A stretch of 64,000 bases of DNA from Macrostomum lignano (GCA_002269645.1 NIVC01002208.1:1-64000); one strand, 5' to 3'. Positions 35,348 to 49,539 are shown, counted from the stretch's first letter. Notes: generated by a model from the sequence alone, not told the origin. Translations and numbers: made by a program.

Positions 35348-36572
35348 GTACTCTAGAATGGCAGGGTCTGTACACTAGAATGGCAGGGTCTGTACACTAG
35401 AATGATAGGGACTGCACACTAGAATGATAAGGACTGTACACTAGAATGGCAGGGACTGTACACTAGAGTGATAGGGACTGCACACTAGAATGGCAGGGTC
35501 TGTACACTAGAGTGATAGAGACTGCACACTAGAATGGCAGGGTCTGTACACTAGAGTGATAGGGACTGCACACTAGAATGGCAGGGTCTGTACAATAGAA
35601 TGATAGGGTCTGTATACACTAGAACGATAGGGTCTGTACACTAGAATGGTATGGTCTGTACACTAGAACGATAGGGGCTGCACACTAGAATGATAGGGAC
35701 TGCACACTAGAATGGCAGGGTCTGTACACTACAATGGTATGGTTTGTACACTAGAACGATAGGGGCTGTACACTAGAATGGTATGGTCTGTACACTAGAA
35801 TGGCAGGGTCTGTACACTAGAATGGTATGGTCTGTACACTAGAACGATAGGGGCTGCACACTAGAATGATAGGGACTGCACACTAGAACGATAGGGGCTG
35901 CACACTAGAGTGATAGGGACTGCACACTAGAATGGCAGGGTCTGTACACTAGAATGGTATGGTCTGTACACTAGAACGATAGGGTCTGTACACTAGAATG
36001 GTATGGTCTGTACACTAGAACGATAGGGGCTGTGCACTAGAATGATAGGGTCTGTACACTAGAATGATAGGGTCTGTACACTAGAATGATAGGGTCTGTA
36101 CACTAGAATGATAGGGTCTGTACACTAGAATGATAGGGACTGTACACTAGAATGATAGGGTCTGTACACTAGAGTGATAGGGACTGTACACTAGAATGGT
36201 AGGGACTGTACACTAGAATAATAGGGACTGTACACTAGAATAATAGGGACTGTACACTAGAATAATAGGGACTGTACACTAGAATAATAGGGACTGTACA
36301 CTAGAATAATAGGGACTGTACACTAGAATGATAGGGAATGTACACTAGAATGGTAGGGACTGCAGTACACTAGAATGGTAGGGACTGTACACTAGAATGA
36401 TAGGGTCTGTACACAATAGTGATAGGGACTGTACACTATAATGGTAGGAACTGTACACTAGAATAATAGGGACTGTACACTAGAATAATAAGGACTGTAC
36501 ACTAGAATAATAGGGACTGTACACTAGAATGATTGGGACTATACACTCGAATAATAGGACTGTACACTAGAA
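35348..36572. repeat. 23-24-bp minisatellite directly upstream of DPM3
   Basis: Unit GTACACTAGAATGATAGGG(A/T)CT. Confidence 0.95.
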
Positions 36573-36628
36573 TGAATGGGTATAAGTGCACTTGTACTCA
36601 GATTCGTGAATCTCTTCATGACGCCCCG

Positions 36629-36943
36629 ATGGCCCTAACCAAACTGATGCAGTGGCTGCTGGGTGGCGGCTGTTTCATCGCCCTTTGGCTGGCTCTGATG
36701 CACGACCTGATCCCTGTAGAGCTGACCCCCATGGGCCGTCACGTGACTAACTGGCTGCCGCTGTACGCAGGCGGACTGTTCGGGCTGGCCTCAGCTCTGA
36801 CCATCGTGTATCGAGTGCTGATGTTCAACGACTGTCCAGAGGCGCACTCGGAACTGGTCAGAGAGATTGACGAGGCGAAAGCTGACTTGGCTAAACGGGG
36901 ATTCAAATTTGTCGATCCCAAAGGGGATAAGAAAACTAGTTAG
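36629..36943 (+). CDS. DPM3: Dolichol-phosphate mannosyltransferase subunit 3, 104 aa, single coding exon
   Basis: MTKLMQWL-type start, two hydrophobic segments, then YRVLMFNDCPEAHSELVREIDEAKADLAKRGFKF, the characteristic DPM3 C-terminal coiled coil. AATAAA at about 37076. Confidence 0.95.
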   Translation: MALTKLMQWLLGGGCFIALWLALMHDLIPVELTPMGRHVTNWLPLYAGGLFGLASALTIVYRVLMFNDCPEAHSELVREIDEAKADLAKRGFKFVDPKGDKKTS

Positions 36944-38719
36944 TTTGTATGTATAGTAAAAGCGCAGAATTTTTCTGGCAATGTGCATTGTGTCCTACTG
37001 CAAGTAGCTGCATATAGTCTGTTTCAGCTATCTGTTAGATAAAATCGATACTCTGTGTATAGACAGTACCTGCACAATAAAAACGATTATGCCTAATGGT
37101 GTTTGTTGGAAACCGGTTTTCACTTTATTTACCCTCGTAGGTTTGTTTCCGTTTTTTTAGTTATATGTGATTTTAATTGGAACAAAGTACATTATATTGA
37201 TAATCTGTTAACTGTTGACGCCCTTTGCTTTGTTAAAATAAGCAACGCTGTTTAAATATTGAATTCAAATTTCAGCATTTAAATCGAGTGTGGTTTGTGT
37301 CAGCCTACACAGATACACTAGAATAACTAGATGGGCCACTCAGGCATTTATACTTAGCAAAACAGCTTTCTACTTTCAGTTCAGTAGCAATAAAGAATAC
37401 ATAAGCTATTATATAATAATAAAGGCAGCTGAGATGACTGGAACAAGGCTGGAACAAGCGAGGAAGTTAATAAAAATTGGGTGGTGGGGCAGGCCAGGGC
37501 TAGAGGTTCTGTTGTGGAGTTGGAGGGTTTAAGCTCGGGGGGTCAATAACCTTATAAATAAAGCCTTGTCTTTAAAAATACATTAAAATGCTTCTGTTTA
37601 AGTTGCTACTGAACTGGAAGTAGGCTGCACGCAAATTTGCTGAGTGGCCATCTAGTTATTCTAGTATCTGTGGTCTGGACTGTAGCACCCAATTCCTAAT
37701 AAATGTCCGTCTGTCTGTCTAGATTAAATGACAAATTCTGCGATGCGCAAATTAGCCGAAATGATTAAATATATATTTATTATCCAGTAACAAATATATT
37801 AAAAACAGGTGTAATAAACTTTTGTTTTCTTTAATTACGCGTTAATTAACTCTGTGCTCAAAATTTGTGCTCATGCGTGGCTGCAAAAAATACTGTAGCA
37901 GGTGTCATAACAATAATGATAAGACTCTATGATTCTTTCGGGAAGGTGGTTGCATTATTTCCAATCATAAATCATAAATCCAATTTTGCCAAGATCTCAA
38001 ATCTGTAATGTGTTGTATAGATATAGGAAAGATGTGCTTTATAGATATCTTCAATTGTGCTTCTATAAGGTTATTGCCAGAAGTTTCTTTGTCTCAAAAA
38101 ATCTATAGTTTAACAAAAACTGTTGATCAATAGCTGCAAGTCGTTTGCACTTGTCCTTTCGAGTTTCTTCCGTTCCGTGTCGGTTCAAAGATTCAGCTGA
38201 CTTTTTATGCATGTAGCCAAAATTGAAAGCAAGTTTTTCTCTTGGGACAGGGTAACACGCTTGATGCTCGTCACGAAACAATTTGCATATCTTCGAGAGA
38301 ATTTAGTAGTAGCAATTATTTGCAACAGATCCTGTCTGTTGGGCATCGGCCCATGTAACACTAAAAGGGCGCTAAATTCCCATCTCACCTTCAAATGCAA
38401 GTGTTTCCTTCAAGGTGCACTCGCCAGTTTTTATCCAGCTATTTTTACATGAATTACTACCGGAAACAGGCAAGCAAACTTTGTGTGTTTTCTCTGGACG
38501 AAATCTCTACAAAAATTTCTATTGGTGAAACCGAATTCAGCGCTGTGCAAAAAAGGAAACAATGATGTTTTGAACTTTGCCGTGCTTTTACCTCACACAA
38601 ATTTGTTAGTGCACCTTGAATGAAATGCATGATTGCTTTATTTTATATTGTCAATTTAGTGCTTGAAATTCCGAAAACTTTCTATCTAGCTGATATACTC
38701 GTATATCATTAAGGCTGAT

Positions 38720-38966
38720 ATGCCCTAATGAGCAGATGTGCAACCGACAGCTCAGCCGCAGCTATTGCGCGCCCCAAGGACTGGGGGTCGCCACACACAC
38801 CCTCAATTACCCCAGCTAATGCTAGCACCCATTTTACAGCTGGGTGAACTGAAGCAATGCAGAGTTAAGTGTCTTGCTCAAGGACGCAAATGGTTCCGAG
38901 TGGGTCGAGAATCGAACTCCCGACCTTTCGCTCGTGAGTCCGACGCTCCAACCACTGGGCTACTCG
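38720..38966 (-). mobile_element. tRNA-derived CORE-like SINE (copy 2)
   Basis: Aligns with 22258-22549; minus-strand A box TAGCCCAGTGGTTGG and B box AGTTCGATTC. Confidence 0.85.
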
Positions 38967-39892
38967 TACAACCCCCTCTAGGCTAATAGCCATAAAATTC
39001 CCTCGCCTCTAGCGAATGCAAATAACTGATGTGCATGAAAATGGAATGCAGTAAAATATTTTTGGATTAATTGTTGCAATTGTAAACTATCCTGCATGGG
39101 CATTTAGTTACATTTTTATAGATTATAAAAGGTAGAAAAAGTGCGTGCATATAATGAAACTACTAGCTATGACTATCTAATCCTACAACTCTAGACGCTT
39201 TTCTTAATCCATTTCAACAAAAAAACATTTATAATAAATACTTGCCGAGAGAGCTGCGTTTAGATGTATACGCTCGTACAGTGTAATAGAGGCGAAACAG
39301 ACTTGGAGACAAGATACACCATGCAGAGCGGTAGGATGGACTTTCAGATGAGAATACACCAGAGCGATAGTTGAAACCTTAGACATATGCTAACAGTAAC
39401 AGGAGTGCTTTCAGACTCGTAGTGTGATCGATATCAACGGGTCTACGAACCTACGAACTTGCCACCCAGCAACAATTTATTGGCATCAATGTACTAGCAA
39501 ACTTTCTCGACTGGCAAAGTTCGTGCTCTCGGTTATGCAGACATCCACCAATCTGCTAGTATAGCTTATACACTTCGATCCTTTTGTTTCTACACCAGCT
39601 ACTAATGCTCTCTACATTGTTCGTGATGTACATTTGCTCTTTCTGTAGGACAAATATTTCTATACTGAAATGAACCCTGGCGCTCAAGCAAATATCAATA
39701 AAGTTAATAGTTGGTAGTTTAGTTTATAGACTCAGCCAATGTAATTGATCAGTGATGGACTGTCTCAAGAGGTTGGAGGTGGTTTGGGGCCACAGACATT
39801 TCTCAGGTGAGCAATCCCCATGATATTCCTTCAATTCCATGCCGAAGAGCCCGCGGTTAGGGCCATAGACACTAGCTTGAGAGCAGCAGAAG

Positions 39893-42800
39893 CTACAGTC
39901 TATGGTCATAACCCCGCGGGATTACGAGTGGCCCATCTACAACTATCTGTGACAGACAAACAGTAGATTCTCGGGCAGGATCAGTAGAGTCATAGAGCGG
40001 AGAATCTCTCATAGCTCACAGGCAGGTAGGCCAGTGATCAGTACTTTCTCGATCATTGCTTCACCCGCTGGCCCCAACCTGTTTCTTCTGTCGCAGCGCA
40101 TCCCGGATGGCCATAATCTCGTTGAATATTGGCATCGCTATGATGAAAATCGCGCCGGCGAAGGCCCAGACGTCCACCAGGGTGATCCAGCTGGCGAAGC
40201 CGGTCAAGTTCAGCTTGGGAACGGCCAGCATGCCCAGGGGCCAGACCAGGATGAGGATGACGGTGAGGCTGACCGCTCCAAAATTAGCTATGTATTTGGC
40301 CCAGCGAAAGGCTTTCTCGGTGGCTTCCAGGCTGGGCCGATTGTCCAAGCAGTGCGCTCCGCTGAGGTTCATCTCCCTTTGATTGTTGTTTGGGGGTTGA
40401 GCTTGTTGATGCTTATTTGCAACAGATAATAATAATAATAAATAATTGATTACACTTGCCCTATAAATGTGCAGATGTGCAACCGACAGCTCAGCCGCAG
40501 CTATTGCGCGGCGCATTTGAAGGCTGCGTACGGCTGTTCAGTTCAAGGACTGGGGGGGTCGCCACACACACCCTCAATTACCCCAGCTAATGCTGGCACC
40601 CATTTTACAGCTGGGTGAACTGAAGCCGAGTTAAGTGTCCTGCTCAAGGACACAAATTGTTCTAGTGGGATAGGGAATCGAACCTCCGACCTTGAAGTCG
40701 TGCGCTATAGCACGATCCATGGACTAGCTAACTAAAGTAGAAGGACGCGATCGTAGAAAGCTTGCTGCTGCCACACGTTCCTTATACTTTTATTGCTCAA
40801 AGTAAATTTATGTCTTCCGAGTCAAGTTTAAAATATAAAGATCGTCAATACAGGCAATTTTTTAAGTAACTTAACTTCGCAAGCGAACGTTATGCAAGAA
40901 TTCCCAGGTAGACTTTAATTTGCTGAGCATCAGGCGAAAGACAGCTAGTCCGACCACTAAATCGGCCGTGTGTCCAGATAAAATGCTAAATTTAGCCTTA
41001 CTATAAATGCACGTATGCCTAAAATATATTAAAGTTTCAATGCTACTTTTGATTCAGGCAGGTCGCGCAACAGCTGAACTCGAAAGGGAAGTTGGTCGTG
41101 TTGAATTTTTATTTACTCAATGACGCCAGTCAATTTGAAAGTAGTAGGGAGCCTGCCATACTGCAGCTTCAGTTTGAACTTGAACTGTAACTGCCCAATG
41201 CCATGCATCTTAAAGGATGGGAACGGTTTAACGCACACAATAGCAGACGAACCCGCTCAATCAATCTTCGTGGGAAACACAACAGATGCTTTTAAATAAA
41301 AATAACTCTCGTAGAACTTTGAATATGCGAGCTGAAATTGAATCCTGCGATTTCAATCTATCTACACGCATTAATTTCATTACATCCAGTCTTACAATAT
41401 CGCAAACTATAAATATTTCTTGCGACTCTTAAATGCTAATAATTTTTTTAAATAATTGGTTAATTGTTTACTTTCTTAGGTAAATTTGTAAAACTTTATT
41501 TGCAACTATGACTATAGAAAGGATTACAAACCAATGCTTGGGTGGTTTCCTCACGAGTCTAATTAGGCCGTTATCTCATTAACTATAAATGTAGCCGTTT
41601 GCTATAGAGCTGCAGCTTCGGACAGAAACTGTATGCAAGCATCGAATTTCAACTGCTCACCCATGCCCGATGGCATTCATCATCGGTGTATCAGTTTGAT
41701 TTTTCTTGACAAACTCCTCCTCTACTAGCGCGCAATTAACCTTCATAGAGACTAACTAGATGAATGGCTCGACCGAAATAGCCCAGCTATACTAAAATGA
41801 CATTGAAGCCGCAAAATGAAACCCGCCAAGATGCAAAAAGTCGCTACATCCTTAGTAACTAGAATGTTCCGTTCTTTGGTGCCAATGCGGCTAGCATGAC
41901 TTTTGAAACATCCGTGTGGACCGAAATACATGATACTTGAGCTGGCTTTTCACATGGCTACAGCTTTGAGCTTTGACGTCAGGTTAATCTGGCCTTGAAA
42001 TACCACGAATGATTCGAAGGGAGACATTATATTCGTCTGGAAAAAGTTACTCCACTGTTAATCATGAAATGATTGATAGGCGCCCACAGGTGATCCCAGA
42101 GACGGATCTCCTTTGATAAAAAATTCAAATACTAACGAATTTTTCTTTGTAAATTGTCGCTTCTTCTATCGTTGGAAAGGTCACATCGTTGACTGTTGAA
42201 CAGGATATCATTGACTTTCACTAGCGACACACAAGGGACTAACGCTCCATTCCGCTTCCACTATCGGACTAACGTTGGCACCAACTTTCGAGCTTGTAAA
42301 TCAGAGATTGGCCCGTGCGAAGCCTCTCTATCCGGCCTTCGGGCTCAAAGTTTGTGTCTCTTCTCAGCTACCTTCTCTCTAATCTCCTCTCCTCTCCCTT
42401 CTCCTCTCCCCTCTTCAATTTTATCCCTCCTCTCGTCTTCTTTCTTCTCCTTTGTTCCCTCACCTCCTTTCTCCCGCCTCTGGCCTATACAGTCAGTCAT
42501 TGTTGCAAATGATTTTGCCCATTCAACGATGCGAAGTCTGAGCTTGTATTGAAAGCCAAAGCTGTCTACGGCATTAGTTGCAGTGGCCATTGCATGCATT
42601 TACAGATGGAACTCACTTGGCGTACAGCTCGGACCACGGGTGCAGCGGATTGTCAATGTCTCGAGTTGTCTCCCAGACTTCGGCCGCTTTCTCCGGTTGA
42701 AAATCCCGATTAGTTACCATGGTAACAACCACTGTGACTATGAGGCCGAGTCCCATAGACACGAGATTGCCAGCTAGCATGGCCTCGTTCGAGCCCGTGC

Positions 42801-45800
42801 TCTTCATGAACTGCCCCAGGCCGCCCTCCATGAACGCAGCCGTGGTGAGCCAGGCGACGAGGCCCAGCACCGTGCCCGACACCGAGCCAGCGACCATGGC
42901 TTTGCCAGTCAGCCTGGCCCAGCACATGCTCAGGCAGATCGGCGCCACGGCCGAGCCAATTAGCACGCCCATGAACAGGTACAGCCAGCCTAGCGAGATC
43001 TGCATGAAGTTCAGAACGAAAGTCATGGGTATGATGGCCAGCGTGGTCCACACAATGCACCAGTCCTTCATGGCGCTCAGGTAGTCTTTGTAGCTTCGAT
43101 AGGCGCCGTGAGTTTTGCACTTGTAGGCCGGCTTCAAGGCTCGCTTATTGTTGGCGATGGCTCTGCAGTTTGGGTGAAGGTTTAAGTGTTAAGATCAATA
43201 TAACAAAGTAAAAATTATGATGTAAAACGACTATCTACGAATTCAGTGGATTTTCCCAATGTATCAATCACTATGCTTTCCGAACATTTGCTTAAGCCTT
43301 CGTGCCATGGCTACTACAGGATAATCACTGCTCACTCGTAGAATAGTTCCGGTGGATCATGATCTCCTTCCAACCAAGGACTGCTCAAGTAGAAGGAAGG
43401 GAAAGTACATTTCTTGGAAAATTTTACGAGGAAGGTTCTACCGACAAAATACATCACGGAGATAGGAGGTTTTCATATTTCAGCACAGAAATTGCTATCG
43501 CTTTTGATAGGAGGCAGACCCAGACAGAGCTCATCTTTTGATATGCCTTTCTCATAGCTCTATTGATATTCATAATAAAGCTTTTCGTTCAGAAAAAAGG
43601 ATTCTACTAGCAATCTTGTCCTCCTTCGAAGCGAAACCTATTTGCCTTGACATCTCAGCAATTCCCTACAAGCCTTTCCATCTATAAGTCCATCTATAAG
43701 CGACTTTCCCTAAGAATCCTAAAAATCTGATTGGATTTAGAAATCTATCTGTAACACATTTTGTTACTCAGTCATTAAGCTAAGGATGATAAAATGGATT
43801 CATAAAGCCAATGAGTCGAGCTTTGCCATGCATTTGATTTTTAGGCACAGTACATGTACGATTGTACGTATGATTTTAAATTTGCAGAATCCTATTTTCT
43901 AAACTAAAAGCTTTATGAATATCAATAGAGCTATGAGAAAGGCAAGAGATGTCAAAAGAGGAGCATTGGGTCTCCCTTCTATCAAAAGCAATGTCAATTT
44001 TTGCGCTGAAAAAATGAAAACCTGCTTATCTGAATAAGTATTTTGTCGGTAAGTAAATCATGCCTCCTAAATTTTCCAAGAAACGTACTTTTCTATCCTT
44101 CGACTTGTGTAGTCCTTGAATCCAACCCTAAGCAAAGACCATTTTCTTAAGACTCGCATTTATCAGAAAAAGCATTACAGAGGAACATTATTTTTTGCTT
44201 AGAAACAGGTTTTTTTTTATCTTGTTCACTGATGTGAAACAGTTATTTCTGTTATTGTCAATGGCTTATCTTCGGCACCGAAAGGCTGAAAGCACTCAAA
44301 AAGGTCGATATTTTTCTACTTCGTATAAACAATCTACAATAAGTTTCAAAGTAGAGTTGATTCCGTCTTAGTTGCTCACTCATTGTCCTGCTTGCACTCC
44401 AGGCAGAACGTCATGCTCTCGCAGGAGCACTTGTCCCTAGGATTCGCCATCCGACCCTTGGCTTTGCCGCACAGAATGCAGGAGTTCGAGTCCAGGGCCG
44501 CTCTGTATGGCTGCGGGAATGGCAATTGAATTTTCCGGATTTGTCGGTCGGCTATTTTGCAAGAGTAATTCAACATTTACGAGTACTAGCTATGACGATT
44601 GATTGGTAGGATTACAACAGAAATGTGTAATTAAAGGCTAACACGGACCTTCAGATGGACAGCGTACACATCGTAGATAAGGATGGAAACCACGGCGATG
44701 ATCTCAGAAGAGCCAGTCGATATGACCGCCATGATCAGCATGACCACGATCATTAGTTCGCCCGGCAGGCCAAGTAGTCTCTGAGCCACTGCTGGCGGAA
44801 CGAGTCCTAGAAGTGCAAGATTCGAAATTGAAACGCACGTCAGGTTAGTTCACCAAAATGAAAATTTAATCCAAGAAACCAATAGTCAACGTAGTTTTCT
44901 CAACCGTGCCCACCCTTGTCAATGTCAGCATCGGATAGAATAGGCTGGCCCTGCATGAAGCTCAAACTGATGTAGCCCAATCCCATCGCTGTGGCAAAGC
45001 AGAACGGTATGGCGAACCAGACCACGCCGCCAGACAAGAATCCAAGGGCGCCGGTCTTCGGTTTGGCGGCTACGCTGGACTGCCAGAAGGACTGGTCGAC
45101 GAATACGGTGCCGAAGTTGCCTGTCAATGAGGTCATTAATGATTCGATTAAATATTACTCTCTATGGTAGTTCAGTCCATAGATAGGATGCAGCCCAGAT
45201 CTCGCCAAGAAGGGACGAGCGCTTTGTCTATACGACGACCTGGCAGCAAATTATACTGTACATTGCATACGAAGCTGGATTGACCAGCTAACGCACGAAC
45301 TTGACTGATAGGTGTACAGTCCACGCGTTTAAACGTCAATATCCCCATACATGATCAGATGATATCAGAATGATTTTGATGCTTTTTTAAAAAGCTTATT
45401 GCCAGAACCAAAACTTGTTGAAATCACTGCGCTTTCTCCAGACAAGGATGCGTTGTTCTTTCTTTAAGAAAAAATTGCTTTTTCATTCGGAGGTATTTCA
45501 ATCAAATATTCCTGGTGCCTTTTTGTAGTGCAGCTACCTCGTACTTAAAGTTCTTACCGATAATATTAATTATGCCAAACATAAGACCGTCGATGCTAAT
45601 AAGAGTCAAGTAGCTGCGACCCTCGTTTCCGACCGGGCCCGTCAGGCAGTCCACGTATTGGTAGACCTTGGCCACGGAGCCTGACCAAACGGGTTGCATG
45701 GGCAGTTTCTACCGGTTAATTAACAAATCATTTCATGAGCTCACTGGAAAACAGTTTACGTACCTAACGGGTTGCCCGGCGTCTCAACGTGGTACACCTG

Positions 45801-47258
45801 CATGATGCAGATCAGCAGAATGACAAACATGATGGACGTAGCACAGTAGCTCATGTAGAAGGTGGCGCCAAGTCCTCCAATGAAGGTGTAGGAGCCGATC
45901 ACTGCGCACACCAGGCAGGTGGCGTACTCAACTGAGAAGTCTTTAATTAGGTTTGTAAGCACGGCTGTTCCGCCTTCATTAAGGTGAGGGGAGTGGGATA
46001 ATGATGGCAATTCAGAATTTGCCGATTTGAATGATTTGAAGGACCAGCTTAAAAAACGTAGTTTCTTGCTGTGTTTCAATGTACGATGTTATTTCTAAGC
46101 AAGAATTTGCTGGATAGAAGCCCGTCGGCACACAGTTTGGTGTACTCAAACACTAAACAACTGGGACAACTGCAATCTTTAATTGTCTTCTATTATATTC
46201 ACTCTTTTGTATCCAGTTTTTTGCAAACTCGAAATTAAAAAAATATTGTATTTCCCATGAGTCTTGATTGCAGTAGTCTTTGTGCCTTATACTTTGATTT
46301 GTTGAAAATTAAAAAATGATCAATGGTAATCCGATACAACACAATGCGAATAACTGACAAATAATTGGTATAATACTGCTGTTGCCTCACCGAGCATCAA
46401 CATCGACGTGACAATGATATTAGTGGCCAAAGCGAAAACGCAGAATGTGACGTGGGTCTTCTTGTCGAACCTGGCCCAGATCACCTGCAGGAAGGTCTTA
46501 GCTCCGGGCGCTCGAATCTTCAACTGTACGGAGATCATAGCAAACAACAGCAGCTGGATCGTGGCGCCAGACGCGTACCAGAACGGTCCGGAGATGCCGT
46601 ACTTGCTGGCCACCGAAGAGGACTGGAGCAGAGTGGCTGCCCAGGTCCACTGCGACACCAGCGTTGCAGCCGTGAGGCCGACGCTCACGTTGCCACCAGC
46701 GTCGAAGGAGTTGTCGCCCGTGTCCTGCGTGGTTACATATATCTGGGATGTGATTTGGTCTTCTTGCTGACTTTGGCGCTTGGCTTGTGCCTACGAAAGA
46801 ATGTTAGTGCTCCAGGATGCTCGCCTCCGCGGATTGTAAGCAGCACCAGCAAACTTCATTGACGAATGGCTGATTAGAGTTCACATCTCAGCTAAGTCTA
46901 AAGTTACATGTACGTCAAACACTGGGATAACTTAAGAATGTTTTTAACGAACTTAATGAGCTAAGCACTATCTTTATAGGATGAACGAATTGCTACCATA
47001 CTTACGGAATAACAATTAACTGTAGCCTCATTTTTTGAAGCACTTGAATCTGCGTACACGACTCACCATCTGCTGATAGACTTGACTCGTGAGAAGCTGG
47101 AACAGCTTGGCCACCATCACGGATACGCAGCCGATGATGAACATGATCAGTAGGGCGTTTGACGAATCGAAGCTGGCCCGAACTCCAACCACGGCTGTTG
47201 AAGAATTGACGAACTCGGAGGCGAGCTGCTCGCACTCTGGCGTGTCCGTAGCGTCCAT
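39893..47258 (-). CDS. Sodium:solute symporter (SLC5/SSS) family, DUR3-like urea transporter, 10 exons, about 772 aa
   Basis: Exons 47258-47067, 46790-46391, 45973-45764, 45680-45558, 45120-44914, 44806-44649, 44510-44380, 43162-42617, 40376-40079, 39946-39893. The last exon is uncertain; read-through to TGA at 40061 is possible. Phases are consistent. DUR3 motifs: SFDAGGNVSVGLTAATLVSQWTWAATLLQSS, GPFWYASGATIQ, GNFGTVFVDQSFWQ, GGVVWFAIPF, GLVPP, STGSSE, GVLIGSAVAP. Confidence 0.9.
40428..40702 (-). mobile_element. tRNA-derived CORE-like SINE (copy 3, 5'-truncated, with ATT-repeat tail)
   Basis: Aligns with the other copies; B box GGTTCGATTCC is present and the A box is missing. Confidence 0.85.
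43375..44118. mobile_element. MITE/foldback with about 215-bp imperfect TIRs in symporter intron 7
   Basis: 43375-43590 aligns to the reverse complement of 43907-44118 (e.g. GCCTTTCTCATAGCTCTATTGATATTCATA / TATGAATATCAATAGAGCTATGAGAAAGGC). Confidence 0.75.
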
Positions 47259-48624
47259 TGCTACTCTTAAGCTCACTTTGCGGTTTTGTTGTTCTTCTGA
47301 CCGAAGTAGCTGAAATTTTGTTCAAAACAGATGGAATACGAATAGCTTCTGTATAGAGACGATTGGTCTTCTCGCACTGTGCTCGAAATTGAATGTGACA
47401 AGAAATCGGAAACACGACGGAATCAACGCAGCTCAGAAAATGGAGGCCTGTTCTGGAGATATCGATCAGCGATATGCATGATGACAGACAAGCAAGCGAC
47501 TGGGTAAGCTTGGGGATCTGTAATCGAAACAACCAGTTGATCTCGTGATTCTTTAGGGATTTTAAAATAAGCTTGGACTTAAAATGCCGATTTGATATTC
47601 TAGAATGAGACTGGGTCTCAAACCAATCTCAAGCAATCGATAATACATCATCTCCCCAGCTCGATGGGAACACTTCCCATGCGACAGTTCTCACGGCTTT
47701 CGTAGTCTAATCAATGTTTCTTGAAAGAACTTGAATCTGAATTACATTTTGTGTCTGAGATACATGTAGGGTTGTACCTTTGAAAAAACACTCAACACTT
47801 TGACCGTAGTAGCTAAGACCCAAGCCTCTCCGCCAAGAATCAGCCAGCATCACAAGTACAAAGCAGGGAGACGAAACAACTACATGGTTGAATGAGCAGG
47901 CTGACTTGACAAATTAGGTAAATGACTAGCTGCTCTAACAGAATAGTTTCCAACTCAAACAGACAAGAAGAAGCACGCTTGACTTCATGCATCAGTAAAA
48001 ATAGCTCAAAGGAAAACCATAGGCAACTTACCAGCGTAAATGTTATGTAAAACCTCGGACTTGACCTGAATGATGATTAGCGCGTGAAAAATATCCAGCA
48101 TTTATTCCAGTTTCTTGTATACATAGAAAATTCTAATGTGGGTAGAGAGGGATGCTGCCCCATCCGCAGCCAATCGCGTATCGCGGATTAGAAAATCATC
48201 GACGTGGATGGCTTGAACAACTCCAATCGCACATTTCTTCATGAAGCCTGTAGGATTTGTGTGATTTTACAATAATATTTAAATTAGTATTAGGCCCAGT
48301 CGCTAAAGAAGGAAATAAAAACGTTCTTAGAAGCCAGATAAACGATGTGTAAAACGTAAAGTAGAGTTGAAGCCTTGAGGGAAAATATATGCTAGAGGGT
48401 CGAAGGCGAATAAATATTTCCTATGAAAAACACAGTAGCGACCGTTTAGATATAGAATGTTGCTATTCAAAGTGAGTTGGTCTTGTGAACAGTGTCACAG
48501 GGCGCGCTTCAGGGCTTGATTGCGAACTTAGAGGTCGACCGAATCTGGGGCGCCGGCGTCAGCCAGCAGAAAGTGTTTAAAAAGCGTCAAAATGATAAAA
48601 CATCCAGCATAAGGACTTCTATAC

Positions 48625-49385
48625 TGCTAGTAGTCCTTGATCCAGAATTGTCCAAATGACACAACTTCCAGCATTGTCCAACTGACACAACATCCAGCAT
48701 TGTCCAAATGACACAACATCCAGCATTGTCCAAATGACACAACATCCAGCATTGTCCAAATGACACAACATCCAGCATTGTCCAAATGACACAACATCCA
48801 GCATTGCCCAAATGACACAACATCCAGCATTGTCCAAATGACTCAACATCCAGCATTGTCCAAATGACACAACATCCAGCATTGTCCAAATGACACAACA
48901 TCCAGCATTGTCCAAATGACACAACATCCAGCATTGCCCAAATGACACAACTTCCAGCATTGTCCAAATGACACAACATCCAGCATTGTCCAAATGACAC
49001 AACATCCAGCATTGTCCAAATGACACAACATCCAGCATTGTCCAAATGACACAACATCCAGCATTGTCCAAATGACACAACATCCAGCATTGTCCAAATG
49101 ACACAACATCCAGCATTGTCCAAATGACACAACATCCAGCATTGTCCAAATGACACAACATCCAGCATTGCCCAAATGACACAACTTCCAGCATTGTCCA
49201 AATGACACAACATCCAGCATTGTCCAAATGACACAACATCCAGCATTGTCCAAATGACACAACATCCAGCATTGTCCAAATGACACAACATCCAGCATTG
49301 CCCAAATGACACAACTTCCAGCATTGCCCAAATGACACAACATCCAGCATTGTCCAAATGACACAACTTCCAGCATTGCCTAAAT
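48625..49385. repeat. 26-bp minisatellite
   Basis: Unit CCAGCATTGTCCAAATGACACAACAT. Confidence 0.95.
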
Positions 49386-49539
49386 GAGCAATTTTTATGC
49401 ATCTATGTTTAACTTTATGAAAGTACGAGTCATTCCTCATTCGTAAATTTCATATAAGCAGATTTTCAATGCATCACTAGCTTCAGTAGTATGAAGAGTG
49501 CTGCCTACCGAGCAACAGACGAGTGTTCAAGCTCGTAAG

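Noticed and set aside
38063-38452. Three overlapping 70-80-aa ORFs between DPM3 and the symporter
   Set aside because: No recognisable domain, splice context or host-like codon bias.
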